From Thermoanaerobaculia bacterium (GTDB taxonomy: Bacteria > Acidobacteriota > Thermoanaerobaculia > Multivoradales > JAIOJS01): DNA of 64,000 bases. Position 1 is the first letter of the stretch, and each line of letters starts with the position of its first letter. The translations under genes and the position numbers were made by a program. Below, one piece after another: positions 50,855 through 59,787 of this stretch. Location: the NCBI GenBank assembly GCA_030429235.1, contig JAUIDB010000002.1, forward strand, positions 176,769 through 240,768, given 5' to 3'. The notes below the pieces were generated by a model, which was given only the letters and a program-made list of their open reading frames with translations, was not told where the DNA came from and did not search any database.

Positions 50855-52507
50855 ATGAAGAAGCAACGACTCTCTCTCCCGACGCTCTCGACCCTCCCGA
50901 CCCGGACGAACCGAAGCAGGCTGCGTTTCGGGCCGACCCTACTGCTTCTCACCTTGGCCAGCTCGCTGGTGGCGGCGCAGACCCGTGGTCAGGCTCCGAA
51001 CCTGTTCGAGTTCCTCGATGCCGGTGACGTGCAACTGACCGAGGACCAGACCGGCCGGCTGCAGGCGTTCGAGGAGGACCCGACTGCCGGCGACGTCCAA
51101 CTCGTGTTGATCGACCTCGGACTGGCCGACATGGCGGACTCGATGAATCTGAATCTCATTCCCGGTCACGAGATTCCCCTGACTACCACCCGTCGCGATG
51201 AGCGGAAGGCCGGCGACTACAGTTGGTTCGCCGAGGACCGAGACAGCGGGAGTTCGGCCATGTTGGTGGTGCAGGGCGACGAGATCGTGGGCACCGTGCG
51301 GTCCTCCGGGCAACTCTTCCAGGTGCGCCCCCTGGGGGACGGCATCCACGCGGTGATCGAGGTCGAGCAGGACAAACTGCCGCCGGACCACCCGGAGGAG
51401 TACGACGAGCTGGACCCACAGCAGATGGACCCGGGGCCGGCGGGTGATCAAGGGGACGCGGCGATGGCGGACGCCTGTTCACCGATCGACGTCATCGTGG
51501 CCTATACCCCGGTCGCCGAAGCGCAGGCCGGCAACATCGGCGGTCTCATCCAGCTGGCGATCGACGAAACCAACCTCTCGTACGCCAACAGTGCCATCCA
51601 ACCCCGTCTGAACCTGGTCCACAGCTACGAGACCAACTACACCGAGTCCGGCAGCATGAGCCAGGATCGTGACCGCTTCCGCATCGTAGGGGATGGCCAC
51701 ATGGACGAGATCCACGGATTGCGAGATACCCACGGCGCCGATGTCGCGGTGTTGGTCACAGGGCGGGGCGGCTTCTGTGGCATCGCCGCCGACATCGGTG
51801 CCGTGGCCTCGACCGCCTTTGCGGTGGTGGGCCAGAACTGCGCCACCGGCTACTACTCCTTCGGCCACGAGATCGGGCACCTACAGGGTGCACGACACAA
51901 CCCGGAGGCCGATCCCACTCCTACCCCCTTCCCGTTTGGTCACGGCCTGTTCCACGCCCCCGACAGCTGGCGTACCGTGATGTCCTACAACTGCCCCGGC
52001 GGTTGTACGCGCGTCACGCAGTGGTCGAATCCCGATGTCGACTACCAGGGTACGCCCACCGGGACGGTGGCGGGGAACGACAACGCCCGAGTCCTCGACG
52101 AGACCGCGTGCACGATCGCAGGGTTCAGGAGCACGGCGCTGGCCGGGATCACGGTCACGCTGGCGCCCGACAGCCTCTCCCTGGGCTCCTCGGAGAGCGC
52201 GACGGTGGTGGCCACGGTCTTCGACGGTGGGAGTCCTCTGGCCGGGGAGTCGGTCTCCTTCTCCAGTGGAGATCCCGGCGTGGCGACGGTGACGGCGATG
52301 GGCACGACGGATGCCAGCGGACGTGCCTCCGGGACCGTGGAGGCGGTCGGCAAGGGTGAGACCGCGGTCGAGGCCTCGATCCAGGGGAGTACGGCTCGGT
52401 CGGAGGTCGAGGTCGTACCCGGCGCGTCCCTGGTCAGCCTGTCGCTGGGGCTGCTACTGGCCCTGCTCTTCCTGTGGAGGCGGGACCAGACGCTCGCGGC
52501 GCGATGA
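50855..52507 (+). CDS. Secreted metzincin (M72/reprolysin-like) protease with Ig-like (Big_2-like) repeats and a PEP-CTERM-like sorting tail.
   Basis: Signal peptide. GHEIGHLQGARH (HExxHxxGxxH). C-terminus reads EVEVVPGASLVSLSLGLLLALLFLWRRDQTLAAR*: a short motif, a hydrophobic helix, then an Arg cluster. Confidence 0.75.
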   Translation: MKKQRLSLPTLSTLPTRTNRSRLRFGPTLLLLTLASSLVAAQTRGQAPNLFEFLDAGDVQLTEDQTGRLQAFEEDPTAGDVQLVLIDLGLADMADSMNLNLIPGHEIPLTTTRRDERKAGDYSWFAEDRDSGSSAMLVVQGDEIVGTVRSSGQLFQVRPLGDGIHAVIEVEQDKLPPDHPEEYDELDPQQMDPGPAGDQGDAAMADACSPIDVIVAYTPVAEAQAGNIGGLIQLAIDETNLSYANSAIQPRLNLVHSYETNYTESGSMSQDRDRFRIVGDGHMDEIHGLRDTHGADVAVLVTGRGGFCGIAADIGAVASTAFAVVGQNCATGYYSFGHEIGHLQGARHNPEADPTPTPFPFGHGLFHAPDSWRTVMSYNCPGGCTRVTQWSNPDVDYQGTPTGTVAGNDNARVLDETACTIAGFRSTALAGITVTLAPDSLSLGSSESATVVATVFDGGSPLAGESVSFSSGDPGVATVTAMGTTDASGRASGTVEAVGKGETAVEASIQGSTARSEVEVVPGASLVSLSLGLLLALLFLWRRDQTLAAR

Positions 52508-54579
52508 CCAAGGCCGGCCCTCGACCCGCCCCCGAGTGGCGCCGTTTCGCTTTGGTGGTAGGGCCGGTGACCCTCGCCCTGGTCGGGCTCTACCTGGCCC
52601 GGGTCGAGCTGCCGTTCCTGGCTCCGCTGGGCGTGGCGACGGCCGAGATCGCCGGCCGGATCCTCGCGCTGTCGGGGATCGAGACGTTGCGAGCGGGCGA
52701 CGTTCTCAGCCACCCTTCCGGGTTCGGCTATCAGGTCGCCTACTCCTGTACCGGGCTCTTCCAGTGGGTCTTTCTGGTGGCTGGCCTCCTCGGGCTCCGC
52801 TTGACGGGGCGCTCGCGCTGGCTTCGTCTGCTGGTGGGCACGGGAGTTCTCGCGGCCGTCAATCAGCTGCGCCTGGTGGTTCTCTTCTGGCTCGGGTTGT
52901 TCGCTCCCCACTGGTTCGATTTCGCGCACGAGGTCCTCTTTCGGTCCTTGATGCTGGCAGTGGTGCTCCTGGTCTGGTTCTGGCGTCCCGCGCCGCCGCC
53001 GACAGACGCCGCGGTCACTTCGCCCCCAGGGGTCGGTTCCGAGAGTCGATCGTGGGGGCAATCGATGGCGTGCCTCGGGATGCTCCTGTCGGTGCTTTTG
53101 GCCGCCCCGGCCTGCGCGCAACCCCAGGAGACCACCGCCTCGGAGCAGGCCGAGCGCGAGCTCATCTCTCTGGAACGCGTGCAGAGTGAAGTAGCGGTCG
53201 AGCTCCGCCAACGCAGTCTGGAACGGGTCGACGGAGCCGTCTTTCAGGCCCTGACCGAGGCCGTGTCGCGAGAGCAGATCCTCTCCCAGGTGCCACTGGA
53301 TCGGGCCGAGGTCGGGGGATTCTTCGATTCGGCGGAGGGTTTGCAGGTCCTGGCCATTCTGCAGGATCCGGCGGTGTCGGAGTTGCAGCTGGTGCGAGCG
53401 GACCTCGCGGCGCTCCGCGAGCCGTCGGGGTTGATCGAAGAGCGGGACCTCGGCAATACCGCCAGCCTGCTGGGATTCGAGGTTCTCGACCCCCGATTCT
53501 CGGCCGTCGACGACCACACCGTGGCCTGGCAGGGTTCGTTGGCCGGCGAGAACGACGGCGATCTCGTACTGGTGGTGGACGAGGCGGGGGTCTCCGGCTT
53601 GATCCGGCGCGGCTCCACCCTCTACTCGGTGGTGCCGATGGGTCGTGAACTGCACGCCATCACTAGCTCCGAGCCCGCGGTCGGACTGCGCTCGCTCGAC
53701 GACGCTGGACCGCCCGGCGGCGAGGCGGGCGATGTCGACTCTGGAGATCAGGCCGAGACTCCGCCCGGCGAGAATGGGGCGGGGGCCGAGGCCACCGCAC
53801 CGGACGATGAAGGAGACGAGGCCCCGGTGGCGGACGATGCGCCCGATCTCTGCGCGGCCGGCTGGGTCGGCCCACCAGTGGAGATCGAGATTCTGGTCGG
53901 CGCGACTGCGCTCGCTCGAGAGCAGGCCCGCCGCCGAGGACGCCACCTCGACACCTTGATCCAGCTGGCCAAGTTCGTCGCCGACACCACCTTCAGCAAC
54001 AGCGAGATCCCGGTCACCGTCCGCCTCGTCGGGATCGAATCGGTCGACTACGAGGAAGAGTGCTCCCAGCTCTTCCAGTGCGCGCGGGACCTCGCACGAC
54101 CGGTCGAGAGCCTGGAGAATCTCATCGAGCGACGTCGCGAGACCAAGGCCGACGTGGTGATCCTGGTCCTTCACGAGGAGGACGACACCAACTGTGGCTG
54201 GGCCTCGGGGATCGGGGTCGAGGCCGGTCAGGCCCTGGCTGTCGTCAACTGGCAGTGCCTCAATGATCGCTTCTCGTTCATCCACGAAGTCGGTCACCTC
54301 ATCGGGGCCTGGCACAACCAGGAAGCGATCACCAGTCCGTTGCCCAAGGACCCGCGGTTCGCCCACGGCTTCGTCGATTGCTCGGAGAACCCGTTCTCGA
54401 CCGTGATGGGCGCTTCGAACTCCTGTCCGGGCGGCGTGGGACGACTGCTCGCCTGGTCCAACCCGGCGGTGCCCCACGCCGGACGCGCCACCGGCGTCAA
54501 GGAGAGTAGCGATGTCGCCTGTCTTTGGTCGTTGCGCGCTCGAGAGGTGGCGGGGTTCGGGGAACAGCTGACCCACTAA
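52504..54579 (+). CDS. Fusion protein: an N-terminal exosortase/archaeosortase-like polytopic membrane core (~170 aa) plus a C-terminal periplasmic metzincin domain paralogous to the previous gene.
   Basis: ATGA start/stop overlap with 50855..52507. N-terminus has four predicted TM helices, a Cys in AYSCTGLF and NQLR about 40 aa later, consistent with the Cys/Asn/Arg signature of exosortases. C-terminus has FIHEVGHLIGAWH and CPGG...WSNP, as in the neighbour. Confidence 0.55.
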   Translation: MTKAGPRPAPEWRRFALVVGPVTLALVGLYLARVELPFLAPLGVATAEIAGRILALSGIETLRAGDVLSHPSGFGYQVAYSCTGLFQWVFLVAGLLGLRLTGRSRWLRLLVGTGVLAAVNQLRLVVLFWLGLFAPHWFDFAHEVLFRSLMLAVVLLVWFWRPAPPPTDAAVTSPPGVGSESRSWGQSMACLGMLLSVLLAAPACAQPQETTASEQAERELISLERVQSEVAVELRQRSLERVDGAVFQALTEAVSREQILSQVPLDRAEVGGFFDSAEGLQVLAILQDPAVSELQLVRADLAALREPSGLIEERDLGNTASLLGFEVLDPRFSAVDDHTVAWQGSLAGENDGDLVLVVDEAGVSGLIRRGSTLYSVVPMGRELHAITSSEPAVGLRSLDDAGPPGGEAGDVDSGDQAETPPGENGAGAEATAPDDEGDEAPVADDAPDLCAAGWVGPPVEIEILVGATALAREQARRRGRHLDTLIQLAKFVADTTFSNSEIPVTVRLVGIESVDYEEECSQLFQCARDLARPVESLENLIERRRETKADVVILVLHEEDDTNCGWASGIGVEAGQALAVVNWQCLNDRFSFIHEVGHLIGAWHNQEAITSPLPKDPRFAHGFVDCSENPFSTVMGASNSCPGGVGRLLAWSNPAVPHAGRATGVKESSDVACLWSLRAREVAGFGEQLTH

Positions 54580-54598
54580 CCGCGAGAGGAGAGGAACG

Positions 54599-55702
54599 GT
54601 GACGGAAGCAGAGAGTTCGAGATCGGATCGGCAACGGACTAGGTTTGCAGTGGGTCTGACCGCATTGGCCTTGATCGGAGTGTCCTTGGGAGGTCGGGCT
54701 GCGGCGGGAGAGGCCGCTCGTTCCGACCTCTCGGCGACGCCGTCCCTCGCCGCCGTCGAGTGTCTCACCTACTCGCAAGAGCGCGGACTCTTCTCGCAGC
54801 TCGGCACGGCCTACGAGGTGCTGGACGACCAGTTCGCACGCAGCGATGCGATCGTGGCTTCGGAGATCGTCTTCGGGGCCGACAGCCGATTGGTGTTCCC
54901 CCGGATGGAGTACTCCAAACGGGGACCCTCCCACTGCGCCGATCTCTATTTCGTGGTGGCGGATCGGTTGACCAGCGACGAGGCGGCTGCGGCCACCATC
55001 ACCTGGGATCGGGCGTTCCCGGCCGATCCTCCGCTCGACCGTGGCTGGGCGCCGGCGGGAGCGGGAGGCGTGGCTCCGGGCGAGGACGGCAGCGACGGCT
55101 CTCCCGGAGGGCCCGGCAACGCGGGCCGCGACGGCGCGCACGCGCCCAATCTCCTGGTCATCCTGGGGGAGCTCACAGGCCCGCTAAGCCTCGACTTGCG
55201 GGGACAGGATGGAGGCACCGGAGGAGTGGGGCAGAGCGGTGGCCCGGGTGGAGCTGGGGCCAGCGGCCGCGCGGCGGTCCCCGGATTGCTCGACTGCCGG
55301 AAAGGACCGGGGGCGGGAGGCGACGGTGGTGACGGCGGCCTAGGAGGCCGCGGGGGTCGCGGTGGCAACGGCGGTTTGGGGGGCACGGTGATCGTGATCG
55401 CTCCCGAAGAGCAGGCGGCGACCATCGATGAACTGCTCGACGTGACCGTCGATGGCGGGGCCGCGGGCGAAGGCGGCGCGCCAGGCATTGGGGGCACGGA
55501 AGGACGTGCCGGACGAGAAGGCAGAGCCACGCCCCCGTGCCGATCGGCTCGTCGCGATGGAAAGACCGGGCAGAGGGGGGGCGACGGGGTGGAAGGGGAG
55601 GATGGTGACCCCGGAGAGTCGGGGGACTACTACCTGCTTCCCCTACCGGCCGAGCAGTTCGAGGAAGTTCTCGGGGCGGCCTTTGGTCGAGCCGCCGAGT
55701 GA
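54599..55702 (+). CDS. Secreted Gly-rich protein with collagen-like G-X-X triplet runs.
   Basis: GEDGSDGSPGGPGNAGRDGAH, GQDGGTGGVGQSGGPGGAGASG and GKTGQRGGDGVEGEDGDPGESGD are perfect G-X-X repeats. Hydrophobic N-terminus. Confidence 0.5.
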   Translation: MTEAESSRSDRQRTRFAVGLTALALIGVSLGGRAAAGEAARSDLSATPSLAAVECLTYSQERGLFSQLGTAYEVLDDQFARSDAIVASEIVFGADSRLVFPRMEYSKRGPSHCADLYFVVADRLTSDEAAAATITWDRAFPADPPLDRGWAPAGAGGVAPGEDGSDGSPGGPGNAGRDGAHAPNLLVILGELTGPLSLDLRGQDGGTGGVGQSGGPGGAGASGRAAVPGLLDCRKGPGAGGDGGDGGLGGRGGRGGNGGLGGTVIVIAPEEQAATIDELLDVTVDGGAAGEGGAPGIGGTEGRAGREGRATPPCRSARRDGKTGQRGGDGVEGEDGDPGESGDYYLLPLPAEQFEEVLGAAFGRAAE

Positions 55703-56688
55703 AGACGGGGGCCGTACTGCTCGTGTTCTGGCTGGCGCCCACCGTCCTGTGGGCGCAGCCCGAGGACGAAGTCGCCTACCTGGCGGAGCTGCTGCTGCAG
55801 GCTTCGGAGCTGCCGAAGCGCGCCCTGGTGGTAGGGGTGGAGAGCTACGATGACCTCCCCGACGTGACCAACGCCACCAGCGATGCGACGAGAGTCTCGC
55901 TGGCGCTCAAGGACCTCCAGTTCGCGGTCACCCCGGCCACCGACCTCAACCGGCGCCAGTTCTTCGAACACCTCGACGACTTCGTCGATCGCTCGCTCGC
56001 CGTCTCGCTTCCCGAACAGGCGGTGGTGGTCTTCTACTTCTCCGGCCACGGCTTTCGCTTCGGGGACGACAACATGCTGGTACCGGCCGATGCCGCAGCG
56101 ACTGGCGAGAGCCTGGTCGACAAGGCCGTGCCCCTCTCCCACGTGGTGCAGCGGATCGTGGACAAGAACGTGGCCCTGGCCCTTTTCTTCATCGATGCCT
56201 GCCGCACCGAGCTCACTAGTTTGCAGGAACTCGAACTCGAGGTCGGCTTCGCGGAGCCGCTGGTGCGGCACAACACCTACTACGGCTTCGCCAGCGGCTA
56301 CGGCAAACCCTCCTTCAGTTTCGTGCGGGAGGGGGACGCCAACAGTCCCTTTGCGAGGTCGCTGGCCACTCGGTTGACGATGCCGGGGGTCGAACTCCAC
56401 AGTCTCTTCGAAGGGGTCCGTCAGGAAGTGGCCAACCTCAGCGAGCAGCGTCAGGTGCCCCACGAACACAAGGACTTCTTCGGTGACTACTACTTTGCCT
56501 TGACGCCCCAGCATCGGAACGCTCTCAGGGGACAACTGTCTACGGCCCTCATTCTCGCCGCCCTGCGTGGACCGGGGTGCGTGCGCTCGTATCTCGCTTC
56601 CGATCCCGCGAGTGAGTTTTCGACCGCCGCCCGCGCCTGGCTTCTGGACCAGAACGAGCCGCTGAAAGGTAGCGTCCATTGCGAGTGA
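55699..56688 (+). CDS. Secreted caspase-like (peptidase C14) domain protein.
   Basis: Signal peptide MKTGAVLLVFWLAPTVLWAQP. RALVVGVESYDD, FYFSGHG (His) and LFFIDACR (Cys) dyad contexts. Confidence 0.65.
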   Translation: MKTGAVLLVFWLAPTVLWAQPEDEVAYLAELLLQASELPKRALVVGVESYDDLPDVTNATSDATRVSLALKDLQFAVTPATDLNRRQFFEHLDDFVDRSLAVSLPEQAVVVFYFSGHGFRFGDDNMLVPADAAATGESLVDKAVPLSHVVQRIVDKNVALALFFIDACRTELTSLQELELEVGFAEPLVRHNTYYGFASGYGKPSFSFVREGDANSPFARSLATRLTMPGVELHSLFEGVRQEVANLSEQRQVPHEHKDFFGDYYFALTPQHRNALRGQLSTALILAALRGPGCVRSYLASDPASEFSTAARAWLLDQNEPLKGSVHCE

Positions 56689-57536
56689 TGGGACCGCTTT
56701 CCCAGGTGCGGCTGCGCGGTGGCCTCGGCTGGCTGCTGCTGGTGGCGTTGACCGCTCCGGCCGGCGCCGAATCGGAACCGATCGCCAAGGCCCGGCAGAT
56801 GGCGCGCGAGAACCTAGAACCCAAGATCGTCTTGGGGGAACCGGTCCCTCTGGAAGAGCGCCCCTGGCAGGTAGCTCTGGTGCTTTCGGAGCTGACGGAC
56901 GACTACCGAGGGCAGTTTTGCGGTGGAACCCTGATCGTTCCGGACTGGGTGTTGACCGCGGCCCACTGCGTCGACGGCGACACCACCACCGAGGAGGTCG
57001 AGGTCCTCTTCGGGAGCGCGACGCTGGATCAGAGCGGCAATCGGATCGCCGTTCGTCAGATCCGCCTCCATCCGGCCTGGAACCCCGCCACCCGAGACCA
57101 CGACGCGGCGCTACTCCAACTCTCGGGCGCCGTCCGCAGCCAACCCCCGCTCGCGCTGGCCGCCTTAGAGCAGCTGACCGCGGCCGAAACCCTGGAGGTG
57201 TCCGGCTGGGGCAAGACGGACGAGTTCGTCGTCTTCAAGTCCCGGGGCCTTCTGCAGGTGCAGCTCCCCCTGGTCAGCCACGAGGACTGCACCCAACCCG
57301 ACAGCTACGGCCAGGCGATCACCCCGGCGATGTTCTGCGCCGGTCGCCGCGAGGGAGGGGAGGACGCCTGTCGCGGTGATAGCGGGGGCCCCGCCACGGT
57401 CACCGTCGAGGGGGAGGAGCGGTTGGCCGGCATCATCAGTTGGGGCGAAGGCTGTGGCCGGGCCAAGAAGTACGGCGTCTACACCACGGTGCCCCAGGTC
57501 GCCGACTGGATCCGCTCCGTGCTGTCGTCAGGGTAG
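56688..57536 (+). CDS. Secreted trypsin-like (S1) serine protease.
   Basis: LTAAHC, DAALLQL and GDSGGP triad. Signal peptide. ATG overlaps the upstream stop (tgATG). Confidence 0.85.
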   Translation: MGPLSQVRLRGGLGWLLLVALTAPAGAESEPIAKARQMARENLEPKIVLGEPVPLEERPWQVALVLSELTDDYRGQFCGGTLIVPDWVLTAAHCVDGDTTTEEVEVLFGSATLDQSGNRIAVRQIRLHPAWNPATRDHDAALLQLSGAVRSQPPLALAALEQLTAAETLEVSGWGKTDEFVVFKSRGLLQVQLPLVSHEDCTQPDSYGQAITPAMFCAGRREGGEDACRGDSGGPATVTVEGEERLAGIISWGEGCGRAKKYGVYTTVPQVADWIRSVLSSG

Positions 57537-57713
57537 AGCTGGCGAGGCCTCAGGCAGAGCTGGCGAGGCTTCAGCCGTTTCGCAGGGATCGATCGACTTT
57601 CCCGAGACCTCAGCCGTTTCGCGGGGTTCGATCCCGTGCCTCCATCACGAACGGCTCGCGGAGCGGACTCCTGCTATCCTCCGCGGCGTCGGAACCAAAC
57701 CAGACGATCCACG

Positions 57714-59039
57714 ATGCGAGCACGCAACCACCACCGACGACACCGTCCGCTTCTCTTGGCCGCCTCGCGGGTGGCCGTGGGTGTGGCTCTGCTGTCGGCC
57801 GCGGCAGCGGCCCCCGCCGCGGCCTCGCCGCTCGGACCCGGTACCGAACTCTGGATCACCCTCGGCGCTGATGCCTTCGATCTTCTGGCCGGTCAGGCCG
57901 ACCACCAGGGCCTGGAGCGCCTCGAGGAGCAGGACGGGGTGGTGCTGACGCAGGTCCGATTCGGGGATCTAGCGGGTCTCTCGGCCTCGCTCCACGAATC
58001 GACCGGCCGCTGCGCCGGGTTCCTGGCTCACCGCACGCTGGCGCAGGCCCGCGCCGCCCTGGCGGTACCGCGCACCAGGAGCTCCCTGGCGGGTGGCGTG
58101 TCGTACTCGATCAACCAGACCGAATGGGTCACGAGTCTCGAGGCCGATCTGGACAAACCCTCGATCCTGGCCACCATCGATCACCTGTCGACTGCCTACC
58201 ACAACCGATACCACGCCTACTCTTCGGGGGCCGAGGCGGCGGAGTGGATCCGCGACCTCTGGCGGAGTTACGCAGAGACGCGACCCGAGGTCACGGTGGA
58301 ACTGGTGTCCCACCCCGGCATCAATCAGCCGTCAGTGGTGTTGACGATCCCCGGTTCGACCTTCCCCGATCAGCACGTGGTGCTGGGAGGACATCTCGAC
58401 TCCGTCAGTCCGGGGACCAGCAACCCGAACTTCCTGGCGCCGGGGGCCGACGACAACGCCTCCGGCATCGCTGTGCTCGGCGAGATCGCGCGCGTCGTCC
58501 TGGCGGCGGACTTCCGACCCCAGAGGACGGTCCAGATCATGGGCTACGCGGCGGAGGAGATCGGTCTGGTGGGATCGCAAGATATCGCCGACGGCTACGA
58601 GGCGGCCGGCCGCGACGTGGTGGCGGTGCTGCAGTTCGACATGACCGACTACTTCGGATCGGTGGAGGACATGGCCTTCCTCAGCGACTACACCAACGCC
58701 GATCTCACCGCCTTTCTCGGGCAGCTGGTCGACACCTACCAACCGGTACTCGCCTGGACCACCAGCGCCTGTGGGTACGGCTGCTCGGACCACGCGGCCT
58801 GGCATCGGGCCGGCTATCCCGCCTCTATGTCGGCCGAAGCCCGCTTCGGGCAGCACAACCCCGCCATCCACTCCACCTCCGACACGTTGGCGACGCTCGG
58901 CCACAACGTGGACCACGCCTTCAAGTTCGCCCGCCTGGGTCTCTCCTTCCTGATCGAAATCGGCAATCCGGAACGGTTCCTCTTCCGGGATGGTTTCGAG
59001 ACGGGATCGACCGAGGCCTGGTCCCAGTCGGTGCCTTGA
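57714..59039 (+). CDS. Secreted M28-family zinc aminopeptidase carrying the C-terminal DGFETGSTEAW tail.
   Basis: HLDSV, ADDNASGIAVLGE, GYAAEEIGLVGS and DM..DY metal-ligand motifs. C-terminus reads ...ERFLFRDGFETGSTEAWSQSVP*. Confidence 0.85.
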   Translation: MRARNHHRRHRPLLLAASRVAVGVALLSAAAAAPAAASPLGPGTELWITLGADAFDLLAGQADHQGLERLEEQDGVVLTQVRFGDLAGLSASLHESTGRCAGFLAHRTLAQARAALAVPRTRSSLAGGVSYSINQTEWVTSLEADLDKPSILATIDHLSTAYHNRYHAYSSGAEAAEWIRDLWRSYAETRPEVTVELVSHPGINQPSVVLTIPGSTFPDQHVVLGGHLDSVSPGTSNPNFLAPGADDNASGIAVLGEIARVVLAADFRPQRTVQIMGYAAEEIGLVGSQDIADGYEAAGRDVVAVLQFDMTDYFGSVEDMAFLSDYTNADLTAFLGQLVDTYQPVLAWTTSACGYGCSDHAAWHRAGYPASMSAEARFGQHNPAIHSTSDTLATLGHNVDHAFKFARLGLSFLIEIGNPERFLFRDGFETGSTEAWSQSVP

Positions 59040-59052
59040 CCGAGGTCCCCCG

Positions 59053-59760
59053 ATGACGGATCGGAGCCACGCTCCGCAATGCTCCGGTCGACGGAGCCCG
59101 CCCAATCGCTGGGTCCAGGTCCAAGCCGAGAAGATGATCGGTCAACACGGTTTCCTCGGCGTGCCGCGGGAGACCTTCCAGGAGGGCGGATCGGCCCACT
59201 TTCAGCGGCTCCTGGCCCACGGGTTAGGCCCCGATTCGAAGGTCCTGGACATCGGCTGTGGTGTCCTCCGGATCGGCAGCTGGTTGATTCGCTTTCTCGA
59301 ACCTGGTGGTTACGCGGGGATCGAACCCGCCCGCGACCGGGTGGAACTCGGCTGTCGGTACCTACTGAGCCCGGAACTCCTGGCCGAAAAGAGACCCCGC
59401 TTCGACCACAACGCCGTCTTCGACAGCTCGGGGTTCGAGGATCAGTTCGACTTTTTCCTCGCCTGCTCGATCTGGACGCACTGTGGCAAGGCGCAGATCG
59501 CCACCCAGCTCGAGGGGTTTGCCCGCCATACCGGGCCGAGCGGAGTGTTCCTAGCCTCCTACCTCCCGGCGACCGACCCGGAGGAGGACTACCAGGGGGA
59601 TCACTGGGTGGGAACTAGCCACGAGTCGACCATCCCCGGGATCGTGCGCCACTCGCTGGATTGGATCCGTTCTGCCTGCGTTCACCATCAGCTCCGTGTG
59701 ACCGAGCTGCCGGGGATCGATTGCGACAGTCAGTACTGGCTCCGCGTGGACAAGTCCTGA
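59053..59760 (+). CDS. Class-I SAM-dependent methyltransferase.
   Basis: VLDIGCGVLRIGSWL (motif I). Confidence 0.65.
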   Translation: MTDRSHAPQCSGRRSPPNRWVQVQAEKMIGQHGFLGVPRETFQEGGSAHFQRLLAHGLGPDSKVLDIGCGVLRIGSWLIRFLEPGGYAGIEPARDRVELGCRYLLSPELLAEKRPRFDHNAVFDSSGFEDQFDFFLACSIWTHCGKAQIATQLEGFARHTGPSGVFLASYLPATDPEEDYQGDHWVGTSHESTIPGIVRHSLDWIRSACVHHQLRVTELPGIDCDSQYWLRVDKS

Positions 59761-59787
59761 CGACAGGCCGTGCGCGGCCGCTGCCCG

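Noticed and set aside
53068-54579. Internal Met (MACLGMLLSVLLAAPACAQ) as an independent signal-peptide start for the second metzincin.
   Set aside because: There is no stop between 52504 and 53068, and the upstream 560 nt encode a coherent four-TM sortase-like domain. The hydrophobic stretch is better read as the last TM helix of a fusion protein.
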